From NCBI GenBank assembly GCA_019828565.1, contig JAHDYR010000002.1, positions 372,001 to 436,000 of the forward strand: 64,000 nt of DNA, read 5' to 3'. The translations under genes and the position numbers were made by a program. Below, one piece after another: positions 40,781 to 51,433 of the stretch (within the stretch, counting starts at the first letter, position 1; the number at the start of each line of letters is the position of its first letter). Origin of the DNA: Carpediemonas membranifera BICM (lineage: Eukaryota; Protista; Fornicata). The notes under the pieces were generated by a model. The model did not search any database. It was not told the origin of the DNA and worked only from the letters and a program-made list of their open reading frames with translations.

Positions 40781-41887
40781 TTAGGCAAAGCGGGGGTCAG
40801 CAGCGATCTCATTGGTCCAGTCAGGGTGCTCAGCCTCAGCGAGCTCCGTCTCAAGCTGCACCTGGTTAATCTCAAACTGAGTAACGCATGCCTCCGTCAT
40901 CTCGAAGCCCTGGACGACGTGGACGCCAGTCTCGTCGATCATAACGGGATATGACCAAACGAGGCCGCGGGGAACGCCGTACTCGCCCAGAGAAGGGAGG
41001 CCCATGGAGATAATGCGGCCGGAAGTGCCAAAGTGCCAGTCACGGACGTGGTCGGCGATAGCCTTGGCAGCAGAGGCGGCGGAAGAAAGGCCACGCTTGT
41101 TGATGACCTCCTTGCCGCGGGACTGGATGAGGGGTGTAAGCTCTTCGTACCAGGCGTCGTCCTTGATGACCTCCTGGATGGGCACGCCGTTGATAGTGGC
41201 GTGGGCGACGGAGGGATACTGGCAGTCGCTGTGGTTGCCGAAGACCATGACGCCCTCGACGTCTTCGTTGGAGCAGCCAGTCTTCAGCATGATCTGGCCG
41301 ATGATACGGTTGTGATCAAGACGAGAGAGGCACGAGAAGTTGCGGATGGGGATCTTCGTGCATGCGCGGGTGAGTATCCAGGCGTTGGTGTTGGCGGGGT
41401 TGCCAACGGTCAGGATGCGGGCGTGGGTGGGGGCGAACTCCTGGAGCTGGCGGCCGATGACCTCGAAAGCCTTGGAGTTGGCGTAAATGAGCTCCTTGCG
41501 GAGCTGGCCAGCACGGCGTGGAACAGCGCCGAGGAGAAGGACGTAATCGGCACCGCTGAGAGCGACAGACATGCCAGCGTCATCGTTGCCGTGGATGGAG
41601 ACCTTGGCTACACGGGGGTAGTCGGAATCGACGATCTCCATGCGGACACCTTCCATCATCTGCTGGGGCGTTGAGCGGGCAGGAGGTTGCTGGTGGGGAG
41701 GAAGCTCCTCGTGGCAGTTGTCACACATAAGCCTGCGTGGAGGAGGAACGGAGGCGAGATCAACCATGGCGAGGTGGATACGGCGAGCACCGAATACGGA
41801 GCCATTCGCAATCATCGGAATGAGAGAATACGCAATCTGACCGGCGGCACCGGTGACAACAACCTTGATAATACGCTCAGTCTGCAT
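40781..41887 (-). CDS. MDH: Cytosolic-type malate dehydrogenase with ~28-aa insertion
   Basis: VVVTGAAGQIAYSL, GAVPRRAGQLRKEL (substrate-loop Arg), VGNPANTNA, SRLDHNR, GNHS, RGLSSAASAA. Confidence 0.93.
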   Translation of the reverse strand: MQTERIIKVVVTGAAGQIAYSLIPMIANGSVFGARRIHLAMVDLASVPPPRRLMCDNCHEELPPHQQPPARSTPQQMMEGVRMEIVDSDYPRVAKVSIHGNDDAGMSVALSGADYVLLLGAVPRRAGQLRKELIYANSKAFEVIGRQLQEFAPTHARILTVGNPANTNAWILTRACTKIPIRNFSCLSRLDHNRIIGQIMLKTGCSNEDVEGVMVFGNHSDCQYPSVAHATINGVPIQEVIKDDAWYEELTPLIQSRGKEVINKRGLSSAASAAKAIADHVRDWHFGTSGRIISMGLPSLGEYGVPRGLVWSYPVMIDETGVHVVQGFEMTEACVTQFEINQVQLETELAEAEHPDWTNEIAADPRFA

Positions 41888-42573
41888 TTGGTGGTGTTTA
41901 AGAACGACTTGTCTGAATGAATGATGCTAGACTGCACCGTTGACAACGGCACTCACAGCCGAGGCAGAGCGTGGCAGACACGCTATTTGGTGACTATGAA
42001 CGTCTATGCGAAGATTTGCGGCTCTATATTTGTCACAGACGAATGGTCATCAGCCGATTCGCATCAAATCCAGGGACGATCTCAATTCCGAGCATGCTGA
42101 CTGTGAATCAGAGTGGTTCTTAGGAACTGTTGTGGCACTGAGACGTGGTCTACCAGTGATTCAGCGCTTCGATTGAGTCAGAATCGATCACAAGATAATA
42201 TCAAATCGAGAATGATCGACTGTCGCACGTTGTGATAGGGACGCTGACCAACCTCGCCAAAGTTGCTGGCGGGCCTCTGCCGCAGTAAGCTCGGTCGGCC
42301 CCTTTCCCAGCATTAACCTTTCTCATTGTCTCGCCAGCAGTAACGACGGTCACATCAATCATCATTAGGACATGGGGCATGTAACATACAATGGCGGGCT
42401 TATCTGGTACACGTTGAAACAATGGCCGTTGACTCTCGGACTGGCGTTGGACCCCTGCGTAATGGCGATGCATCGCGCTTCTACCAACATCGCGGTAATC
42501 GCAGAATCAAGTGGAGAATGAATTTACCCAGCTCCCACTCTTACGAGTGGTAAAGCAGCCTTCCGTTTTTTTC

Positions 42574-43265
42574 TTAATAGATCCGGATGGGGTGCCCCAT
42601 CGTGGTCTTGATGTAGAGGCACTTGACGTTCTGCCACTTCTTCTTGAGGAGAGAGCAGAGGAAGTTGATGGAGAGCACAAGGTTCTTGTAGATCTCCTCT
42701 TCAGTCATCTTGACGTGGCCGATGGCGGTGTTGAGGCAGAGGACCTTCTTGAGCTGGAACTTGATGGTTGACTGGAGCTCGGTGATCTTCTGGGCAACGT
42801 CGTCGTTATCAGTGAGGGCAGTGGGGAACTTGCCGGCCTTGGAGAGGGTGGGGCCGAGGATACGGGGGATCCTCTTGATCATCGTGTCGGAGCACAGGAA
42901 AGCGTCGTAGGACTTGGCGAAGCGCTTGACAACCTTCTTGGCCTTCTTGAAAGCCTTGAGCTGCTCCTCAGTGCGAATGTCGGCGGTGATGCCAGCGGCA
43001 ACGGCGGCGTCACGCTGAGACTCGTTAAGGAGAAGGCAGATCTTGGCACCAGGGCGGGGGTTGGTAGGGAGGACAAGGGAGCCGGAGAAACGCTTGTCCT
43101 TCTGGGGGTCGTAACCCTTGAGGCCAATCTGAAGCTCGACAGTCTCAGTGAACTTACGGGGCTTCTCAGCAGAGGCAGCCACAATCTTGTGGATGGACTC
43201 GCGGAGGAAATCGCTGGGGATCTTGCTCACTGCGTAATTGGGTTCGAAATGAGTGGAAACGTACT
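42574..43265 (-). CDS. RPL10A: 60S ribosomal protein L10a (uL1); start codon assembled across a 35-nt intron (exon 1 ends at 43265; intron 43230-43264)
   Basis: RKFTETVELQIGLKGYDPQKDKRFSG...KAGKFP...TIKFQLKKVLCL...TMG. No in-frame ATG at the expected start; A|gtacgt...ttacgcag|TG AGC AAG restores M-S-K. Confidence 0.95.
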
Positions 43266-43492
43266 TTCTTCAGTTCTCGCTCGTTTTTTCACAAAAAAAA
43301 GTGTGCGAAAAAAGTTGACGAGATCATTATCATGCGATGACAACTGTAGAGTGCCCAAAAAGCCGGCAATGGATCCTAACCAATTGCAACTTGCCGTGGA
43401 AGCTTGCCCCCGACAACTAGCCAATCGTGCCGAATTTTTGAAGGCAGAACATGTAGCGGTCTTGAGATGGATATCTTTTAAGCCGGACTTTA

Positions 43493-45529
43493 ATGACCCT
43501 CAATAACACGAGAGCAGCGCGGGGCCGACTGTTGACTGTGCTTAATCTCCGAAAATCGACAGTTCTTAAGCTGCGATTTCCAGGGCTCCCATCATCGACG
43601 GTAATGAATGGCCACGTGCCGTTAACAATACAAACGGACATGCCCGACATGCATCCAAATACCCCGAATAGTCCTGCGCTTCCAGAGAGCCAATTTGCGA
43701 GAAATACGTCTTCATTAGGGATTTCGATCTCCTCTTCTCCAAGAACGCCGCAAAACGAACAGCGATATGCCTTACAGAACACCAAGGCAAAGAAACGTAC
43801 AACCAGGCCAATGACTGCGACCCCTGTTCCTCTGAGTTACCCCGAGATGGGCACCAGAGGTCAAAGCTATGCAGCCATGTCCCTGTCCTCGTCCACGCAG
43901 ATCGTACACAATGCTCTGGCACCCCGTCGGCCGCTCACCGACCCCAGACATGGCCATCCTCCGGCCGGGAGGTCTCGCCCCGCCTCTGCGATGGCCTCCC
44001 GTCGTCGGGTCGACCCAATGGCAATCGTGGCCTCGCAGCCTGTGTTTCCAATGAACCAGAGCATCCCACAGCAGTTCAAAACATCCACACGGCCTACTTC
44101 AGCGGTTCGACGCCGTGCTTCGAAAAAGGCCACCCGTCCCTCCGACCGTCCTGCCTCTGCCCCTCTGATCCGAGCCGAACCCACCCACGCCAACACAAGG
44201 GCCCCTGAGCGGATTTACCGCGCCCGTCCCCTGTCAGCGATGCCCTCCTACCTTGAGTCGCGCACTCGGCCCGTACTCACCGTCGACTACACCCAGCGGG
44301 GCGACATTTACTCGACCACGCAGGGCAAGGGCATGAGCGTGCTACTCGCCACCACTGCCTTCGAACTATTGGGCGTCAGGACGAAACACTCGCCTTCTAC
44401 TACCACTCGCAAGGCCGCTGCCTCTCCTGCCGCAGGACCGAGGTCACCTGGCTTGACTGGGTCAACCCGCCCCTCCACAGCCAAAGGACGCACTCACGGT
44501 TCTTTCAAAGTCAAGAAAAAGGGTAAACGTCCCGCGTCGGCCCACCCAGCCGGCGGGTCAACCCAAGCCCGACCCGCCACTCACGAGCGCGAGCCTATGG
44601 TACAGAGATACATGCAGCCGACGATCTCCCACACAATGGAGCCTGTGTACGGACATCTCGTACCTGTCCCAGCGTCGCAGAAGGCTGAACTCATCGAGTC
44701 GAAGCTGCTCAACCAAGACGTTAAGACTCGCATCGCCGGACTCAAGGAGCTCAGTAGCTTTGAGACACTACATCCCGACGCTCAGCAGGCGCTTCTCGAG
44801 ATGGGCATCGTATCCGTGGTTGCCGATATGATTCCCAAACTCGGGATGAAACGCCACGAGTTCCTCGCCCCGCCCGTCTCCGTCTATAGCGCTCTAAGAG
44901 GCATCCTGAACGCCACTGTTGTTCCCAGAGGCGACGTCTGTGAGTTCATGGGCAAAGATTGCGGTGTCCTGGGCGCTCTACTCGATGTCCTCCCCGCCTC
45001 GACAGCTCCTGGGATCTCTGCGCTTCTTATTGACCTCCTTCGCGACTCGTTTATTGTACAAACTGAGTTCCGACTCCTCGGTGGCATTGATATCTGTGCT
45101 TCGCTAATCACCACCACTTCCGCGACCCCTAGAGCGAGAGCCACGGCTCTTATCATTCTCGGCCAGGCATGTAACAACAACAGAGAGAGTCTGGAAGCAG
45201 TCTCTGACGTCCTCTTCGACCGGATCCTCTCCATGGTCGGAGACTCGGCCCCAGCCTACCGTACCAACCGGATCCGTGAAGACCACAGTGTTATAGCCCT
45301 CAGCGACCTCACTCCCATGACTCAACGCGAGGCCATACCGCCCAACCTCATGCTTCGCCTGTACGCGGCCGAGTTCCTCGCTCTGGCAGCCTTGGAGAAC
45401 TCGGCGGTGCTTACAAGGCTGGTGAACTTGGTGCATGGTGTGAGTAGGGTTGTGAGGGTGTTGAGGAGTGAGAAGAACACTCGTATGGCGTTGTTGGCGG
45501 ATAATTTGGAGGCACGTACTGCGGGATGA
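43493..45529 (+). CDS. Protein with long R/P/S/A low-complexity N-terminus and ARM/HEAT-like helical C-terminus; start uncertain
   Basis: 678-aa ORF with repeated RP[AS]SA motifs. C-terminus QTEFRLLGGIDICASLI...ALIILGQACNNNRES is ARM-like. Confidence 0.6.
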   Translation: MTLNNTRAARGRLLTVLNLRKSTVLKLRFPGLPSSTVMNGHVPLTIQTDMPDMHPNTPNSPALPESQFARNTSSLGISISSSPRTPQNEQRYALQNTKAKKRTTRPMTATPVPLSYPEMGTRGQSYAAMSLSSSTQIVHNALAPRRPLTDPRHGHPPAGRSRPASAMASRRRVDPMAIVASQPVFPMNQSIPQQFKTSTRPTSAVRRRASKKATRPSDRPASAPLIRAEPTHANTRAPERIYRARPLSAMPSYLESRTRPVLTVDYTQRGDIYSTTQGKGMSVLLATTAFELLGVRTKHSPSTTTRKAAASPAAGPRSPGLTGSTRPSTAKGRTHGSFKVKKKGKRPASAHPAGGSTQARPATHEREPMVQRYMQPTISHTMEPVYGHLVPVPASQKAELIESKLLNQDVKTRIAGLKELSSFETLHPDAQQALLEMGIVSVVADMIPKLGMKRHEFLAPPVSVYSALRGILNATVVPRGDVCEFMGKDCGVLGALLDVLPASTAPGISALLIDLLRDSFIVQTEFRLLGGIDICASLITTTSATPRARATALIILGQACNNNRESLEAVSDVLFDRILSMVGDSAPAYRTNRIREDHSVIALSDLTPMTQREAIPPNLMLRLYAAEFLALAALENSAVLTRLVNLVHGVSRVVRVLRSEKNTRMALLADNLEARTAG

Positions 45530-45570
45530 TGTAATCTATGTAACTTTGTCTGATTTCTATGTAAAAATCT

Positions 45571-46180
45571 GGTCTGGGCCTGGCTCAAGCCATTCCTTGC
45601 CAGTCGACCCGCGGACCTGCCTGGGCTGACTCTGGCGAAGCTCCATCAGATGATGTGCGCCTTTGTGGGGACCTGGCGAGGCAGGACGGAGGTCGAGACT
45701 GAGCGGCTGCTCATGGATGCCGTGGGGCAGGGGCTATATACACCCACCCCGCTTCGGTTCCAAAAGAGGGTCAAGTGGTTCTATGCTGATGGTTGGAATG
45801 TAATATGGACCACTGAGGGCCAGACTCATATATTTAGTTTATCAATATCTAGCTGCTTCTACACGACCATCTGGAAAAAGTCACCTCACTTTGCGGCTTT
45901 TGTCAAAGACTACATCCGCTGTCGGGGGCCATTTGAGGCGACTGACAATGGCAGCACACTTTCTTGGATTCGCAATTCATTCAAGACTGGCGAAGTCACT
46001 GGCGGCAAGAGACATATTCGGCGCAAAAATCCTGAACCGATTGTATATATCCTTCGAGATAACAGCTCTCAGCGGTTCCTACGACGTCTCACTGGACTTC
46101 GAGTCAACAAGATGGCAAGATTGCTCCTTCCACGACCTGGCCGGCCGGTGGTTCGAGCCGTTCGAGCCTTGCAGTACTGA
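45571..46180 (+). pseudogene. Chimera: 165 bp of the APC2 3' end fused to the 3' half of a diverged RCC1-family member
   Basis: 45571-45735 equals 2244-2408 with one substitution. It is followed by TPTPLRFQKRVKWFY...IWTTEGQTH, PFEAT and (other frame) DLAGRWFEP, all family motifs. Confidence 0.8.
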
Positions 46181-46342
46181 CCAGGGTATGACGCGGGGCA
46201 GACTGTGGAAGCCAGCAAACTCGTCGGATTAGCTCCTCCGCGGGCCCTTCACAGAGCCAACAAACATTGCCAGCATCACTGCAGTCACACTCTCGGTGTC
46301 GTCTTCCCAACACCCAACCAAGTCAAGGATTTAAACGCACGC

Positions 46343-48124
46343 CTACATCTCAGTCTGCAGGCCGTTCTTCTCAGGCTCAAGCCACTCCTCCTTCATCGCC
46401 TCAACAAGCTCGTCGATCTCAGCCTGAGCCTTGGCAGGATCCTCACCGCCAAGCTCGGCGTACCACTTGATCTTGGGCTCAGTGCCGCTCGTACGAAGGG
46501 TCATAATGGCACCGTTATCGAACCAATAGGTGATCATATGCGCACCAGGCTGGAGAGGGAGGATAGCCTTCTGGTCGGCCTGGTTCGTATCGAGACCCGT
46601 GGTGAGATCGCGGATCTGGAGGGCAGTGAAACGACCGACCTTCTTCATGTAGTTCTCGGCGGTGGGGGCACGGAGGCGGGCGAATATCGAGTCGATGACG
46701 GGCTTCTCGTGGCAGATGAAAAAGCTGTTGTTGCACATAAAGTAGCCATACTTCTTCTGGAGGTCCTTGAAACGGCCAAAGAGGGTGTTACCAGCAGCGT
46801 AGGTGGCGGCAGTGAGCTCTGCCATCACGCCAGCAGCGCTGATGCCGTCCTTGTCGAAAACGAGGGGGCCGCACATGAAGCCGATGGCCTCCTCGAAACC
46901 AAGGATGGGAGTCACGCCTTCGTTGGCGAAACGGGCGCATTCGCGACCAATCCACTTGAAGCCGGTGAGCACGCCAGCGTACTGGGCGCCGTTGGCCTTG
47001 GCGTAGGCGCCAAGCATGTTTGTGGAAACGAGGCTGTTCACGAAGCAGCGCTTGTCGTTGGTGACATCGGGGCGGCGGGCGACATCGGCCTGGAAGAGCC
47101 AGTCGGCGAGAAGGACGCCGATCTGGTTTCCGTGGAGGGAACGCCAGCCGAGCTCAGTCTTCTCGGCAACAGCGAGGCGGTCAGCGTCAGGGTCGTTGGC
47201 GAAGATGACAGTCACGCCAGCCTCGTCAGCCTCCTTGATCGCAACAGTGAGACGCTCAGGAATCTCCGGGTTGGGGAACGCAGTGGTGGGGAAGGCGGGG
47301 TCGGGTTGGACCTGGGCCTTGACGGGGACGACCATCTTGTCGGTGTTGAAGCCGTAGGACTCGAGAGAGCGCATGGCGTACTTGTAGCCGACACCGTGCA
47401 TGGCAGAGTAGGCGATACGAACGGGGCAAGCGGCGTTCTCCTCGTCAGTACGGGCGCGAACGGATTGGATGTCCTTGTAGTAGCTATCCATGACCTCAGC
47501 ATGGATGTCGGTGACCTTATCGTTAGCGTCGACCTCAGCAACAGGGATAACGTCCCAGAGGTCGAGGTTGGCGATGATGGAGTCTTGGATACCCTTGTCG
47601 TGTGGCTCGGTAATCTGCACGCCATCAGACCAGTAGACCTTGTAGCCGTTGTCGGCCGCAGGGTTGTGGGAGGCAGTGACCATGATACCGCAGGCGGCGG
47701 AGTACTTCTTGACAGCGTACGGGACGAAGGGGGTGGGGACAATGTCCGAGTAGAGGCGGACGGGGATGCCCTCCTTCAGGAAGCAGGCAGCGGCAATACG
47801 GGCGAAGTCGTGGGAGTAGTAGCGGGCGTCGTGGCCGATGACTACGCCCTTTTCCTCGGCGTTGGGGACCATCTTCTTGACGTACTGGCAGAGGCCCTGG
47901 GAGGCCTGCTGGACAGTAACGATGTTCATGCAGATGTAGCCAGCAGCAATGCGGCCACGAAGGCCAGCAGTGCCGAAAGTCATGCGGTTGTTGAGCTTGA
48001 AGTGGATCTCGTCGTACTTCTCCTCCTTCATCAAGGTCTCCAGCTCCTCGCGGGTCTTGGGATCCTTATCAATCTTCATCCAAGCGTCATAATCGGCCTG
48101 AACGTCCTGCTGCGTCTTTGCCAT
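46343..48124 (-). CDS. Phosphoglucomutase/phosphopentomutase (PGM2 family alpha-D-phosphohexomutase)
   Basis: FGTAGLRG, TASHNP (phospho-Ser), DPDADR, GFEEAIG, RTSGTEPKIK. Strong codon bias suggests high expression. Confidence 0.93.
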   Translation of the reverse strand: MAKTQQDVQADYDAWMKIDKDPKTREELETLMKEEKYDEIHFKLNNRMTFGTAGLRGRIAAGYICMNIVTVQQASQGLCQYVKKMVPNAEEKGVVIGHDARYYSHDFARIAAACFLKEGIPVRLYSDIVPTPFVPYAVKKYSAACGIMVTASHNPAADNGYKVYWSDGVQITEPHDKGIQDSIIANLDLWDVIPVAEVDANDKVTDIHAEVMDSYYKDIQSVRARTDEENAACPVRIAYSAMHGVGYKYAMRSLESYGFNTDKMVVPVKAQVQPDPAFPTTAFPNPEIPERLTVAIKEADEAGVTVIFANDPDADRLAVAEKTELGWRSLHGNQIGVLLADWLFQADVARRPDVTNDKRCFVNSLVSTNMLGAYAKANGAQYAGVLTGFKWIGRECARFANEGVTPILGFEEAIGFMCGPLVFDKDGISAAGVMAELTAATYAAGNTLFGRFKDLQKKYGYFMCNNSFFICHEKPVIDSIFARLRAPTAENYMKKVGRFTALQIRDLTTGLDTNQADQKAILPLQPGAHMITYWFDNGAIMTLRTSGTEPKIKWYAELGGEDPAKAQAEIDELVEAMKEEWLEPEKNGLQTEM

Positions 48125-48352
48125 ACTTAAGAAGCAAGTGACACGTTTTCAAGCATTTTAGTGTCAAGTCCACGTTGGTCAACTGGGGCCCACGGCGCCT
48201 CGTCATTACGGCACAACACAGCCACACGCTCCAAGCCCCATATGCCGTCAGCCCCAGCCTTCCCAAGCCCATGCCTGATCTGATTCGATCCGATCTTTTT
48301 CTCGCAAAGATATCACAATCGTCTTTTCATTTACCATACATGTATACATACC

Positions 48353-49386
48353 CTACTTCCTCCCCCTGTCCATCTGCACCGAGTACCCAATAAACGCGAG
48401 CAAATCAAGCAACTGGAGTGACTCGAGAGCACCATCCTGAATATTACGATCCACAAGCGCCATACGACCAAGGATGGCGGCCTTGGCCTGGTCAGAGAGG
48501 AGCATGTCGTCGAAGATCACCTCGTTCATCTGCAACATCAGCTGTTTGACTGAATATGCAAGCTTAGTTAGTTCGTCAGCCTGGCGCTTGGCCGCGTCGA
48601 ACTGGCCGCTGCTGATCGTGCGGTAGACTTGACCCACGAGTTCATCCGGGATTCTACCGACCAGTGTGTCGATGTCCGCGGGCCCGGGCATCTCGAAGGC
48701 GGTAAAGGCCGTCTGCATCGTGGTGATTGCCTTGCGGAGGTCACCCCCACTGGTGGACACGATACGCTCGAGTGTGCCGTCAATAGTGTTGAGGCTCTCC
48801 TTCCTGGCTATCTTTCTAAGAGTGTTCAGGGAGGCGGCGGCTGGGATTGGCTGGAAGCGGAACTTGGCGCAACGAGATTTGATTGGATCAATGATCCGGG
48901 AAACATAGTTACAGATCAGACAGATCCTCGTGTTCTTACTGCATGTTTCCATGGTCCGCCTCAGCGCGCTCTGGGCATCGGGGGTGATGTTATCAGCCTC
49001 GTCGAGGATGACGAATTTGTAGTCCGGGCAGGGGTAGCCCTCCACCTTGGTGGTCACCACGATACGGGCAAACTCCTTAACGCGGGTCCTAATCACGTCT
49101 ATGCCTCGATCATCTGACGCGTTGAGAAAAAGAACGCGCTTCTTCATTTGCTTGGGGCCGTAGAGGTCGCGGCAGAGAGCGAGGATAGTAGAGGTCTTTC
49201 CTGTGCCGGGTGTGCCGTGGAAAAGCAGGTGGGGCATCTGTGTGAGAAGGATTGGGCAAAACGAACGTCTCCGGTTTCGATGGCGTTTCTAAGCATCTTA
49301 GTTACAGCCTCATGATGCGCAACACTCTCGATATCCTTGGGCCGGTACTTCTCCGTCCACGGAACCTCCGTCTTGGCACTGCTCAT
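48353..49386 (-). CDS. RFC4: Replication factor C small subunit (RFC4 / yeast Rfc2 type); exon 1 49267-49386, 29-nt intron 49238-49266
   Basis: PWTEKYRP in exon 1. Intron gttcgt...ttctcacacag. GTPGTGKT, LNASDDRGI, YPCPDYKFVILDEAD, SRC motif. Confidence 0.92.
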
Positions 49387-49547
49387 GTTCTCGCGCGAGT
49401 CCAGAAGTCGACCAAACAAAAGAGCCCAAAAAGAGGGATGCGTAGCTGAATAAGGTGTGCGTGCGTCATCGCATACTTGAAATGTCGTTACTGGCAGTGG
49501 TTGACGACTCCGCACTTTAAGCGAGCTTTGTCTGAGCTTTCGAGTCT

Positions 49548-50053
49548 ATGCCGAAGAGAGAGGCTAACCCGAACAAGATCCTTCACCGTTCGTCGCATAT
49601 ACGTCATATTACTCAGCAAAGAGCCGGAAGGTCGCCAAGATCAAGCGGTTGGAGCAGAGAATCACCAAAGTGAACGCTCCAATCCTCAAGCGCCAGCGGA
49701 ACGCTTCCGATGCGAAAGTATTCATGTGCAAATACTTTAAGATGCAGCTTGAGACTTTCCGTACTGAGGACGGCAAGGTTAATCCCCTCCCTGAAGCAGA
49801 GGCTGTGAAGATCGTCTCCACGTTCGTCCACCGGAACGACGGCATCATCGCCTCCAAAACCACAGATAAGGCGCACAGCAAGTGGGATCTTGTTGCCTTC
49901 GAGCACAACGCGCAGAAGGAAAAGTCCGAACTTGCCTCGGGTTTCTTTGAGGCCCCCGACTTGACGAGCAAGAAGGGTGTGCGGGCGCTGCTTGAGTGGG
50001 ATGAGATGGGCCACTCAACCCCCGCCCTGGTCATGCGGAAGTACAAGGGCTGA
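49548..50053 (+). CDS. TMA16: Translation machinery-associated protein 16; 29-nt intron 49588-49616
   Basis: Splicing gttcgt...ttactcag gives MPKREANPNKILHPKSRKVAK, the Tma16 HPxSRK motif. C-terminal GFFEAPDLT...LLEWD. Confidence 0.75.
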
Positions 50054-50191
50054 GCCCTGTCGCGGATTAAAAAAGCGCTTTTGAGATTTGTTTAATGATG
50101 GCGAAGGTGGTGGGCTTGGTTGGAGCTTGCCTCGAGGTGGGCCCTGCTGTCCTGTGTGGTGCGAGCAGTGTGACTCGGCGACTTTGAAGCG

Positions 50192-51196
50192 ATGAACGTA
50201 GTTGGCTACATCGCTGTTGGGACGTATGCTAGAACCGGTGCGGTACATCAGTTTGCCGTGAAATACGGCATGGACGACAACGGCGAGGGCACATGGTCCA
50301 TTGACCACCAGGCGTCCACAGAGATCGGATGCTCGGTGAAATGCCTCGCTCATTGCCCCGAGCGCAAGAGCATTATCGCCGGCGACGATAGAGGCTCCAT
50401 CCACATGCTGAACATGCACAAAGACGACTCCGACACGATGGAGCTCCACTCAGATGCGATCACATCGCTCTCTGTCCGCGGTAACTCCATCCTCGCGGCC
50501 GCAGCGGACGGTAACATCGCTATCGTGGACGTGGAGAACGGCCTCATCGACCACGTGACCACGAAAAGCCCCAGCCGTCGCATATACCCCTCTCTCGCCG
50601 TCCACCCATCCGGCAGGCTTGCTCTCTCCGTCAACGGCGGCCGGGTGCTTACCATGTGGGATCTGGAACACAAGAAGAGCGCGCTCACAGTCAAGCTCGA
50701 CCGAGCGAGATACAATGATGTCCAGTTCGTCTGCTTCCCCGCAGAAGAAGGCGGCGAGCCCGCCGCAGAGCCTAACGCCGCAGTCACCCTGTGTCGCGAG
50801 TCTGTGGACGTTTACTCTCTCGCGGACAACTTCAGTGTCCCCACGTTCTCACTGGAGGTCCCCACCGGTGGCCTATGGACTTGCATGCACGTGTGCGGCG
50901 GCACCATTTACGTTGGCGACAGTCTCGGCAACATCCACGTCGTAAGAGGCACCCTTGAAGACATCGACGTTGCCGTACAACGCTGCCACCGACACCGTGT
51001 GAACACGATCCAGACTTTCCCCCTGAACGACGGGGCTGGGACCCACACCATGGTCGTCAGCACAGATTCGTTCAGCGTGACTGACAGCGGCGTTGCACTG
51101 TGGGTTGACGGGGGTGAGGCCGAGGAGCCGCTCATGGGTCTGGCAGACGCAGAGATTCCTGCTAAGGTGCTCGCAGCCATGGCGTGCAGCGCGTAA
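50192..51196 (+). CDS. WD40 60S biogenesis factor PAK1IP1/MAK11-like
   Basis: N-terminal IAVGTY; HSDAITSL; LAVHPSGRLALSV...LTMWDL matches the PAK1IP1 HPSGKLALSV signature. Confidence 0.7.
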   Translation: MNVVGYIAVGTYARTGAVHQFAVKYGMDDNGEGTWSIDHQASTEIGCSVKCLAHCPERKSIIAGDDRGSIHMLNMHKDDSDTMELHSDAITSLSVRGNSILAAAADGNIAIVDVENGLIDHVTTKSPSRRIYPSLAVHPSGRLALSVNGGRVLTMWDLEHKKSALTVKLDRARYNDVQFVCFPAEEGGEPAAEPNAAVTLCRESVDVYSLADNFSVPTFSLEVPTGGLWTCMHVCGGTIYVGDSLGNIHVVRGTLEDIDVAVQRCHRHRVNTIQTFPLNDGAGTHTMVVSTDSFSVTDSGVALWVDGGEAEEPLMGLADAEIPAKVLAAMACSA

Positions 51197-51433
51197 TATA
51201 CATAAAGTAACATGCGGAGATTTATGGAGGTTTGGGTGCTGATGTTCATCCTTTCGCGTGCCTTGCTTGGTTAGGGTTGATAATCATTCTCTCTGAGAGC
51301 GAATTTGAAAACAGCCGGGATACAAGGTATAGCAGCTCTTGGAGCCGACAAGGGCATCGTCATTCGAGTCAGAGTTCGGCAGGTGGCAGAACATTTATGT
51401 TTACGCATTTTAAGGTTCACATCCTCCACACAT

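Noticed and set aside
42178-42366. Minus-strand ATGATGA...CTGA, a possible C/D-box snoRNA between MDH and RPL10A
   Set aside because: No convincing terminal stem or rRNA guide could be identified by eye; needs Infernal or snoscan.
46205-48130. 641-aa antisense ORF over the PGM gene (similar shadows at 41033-41674, 51449-52822, 22023-22961)
   Set aside because: Explained by strong C/G-ending codon bias on the sense strand; no recognisable motifs.
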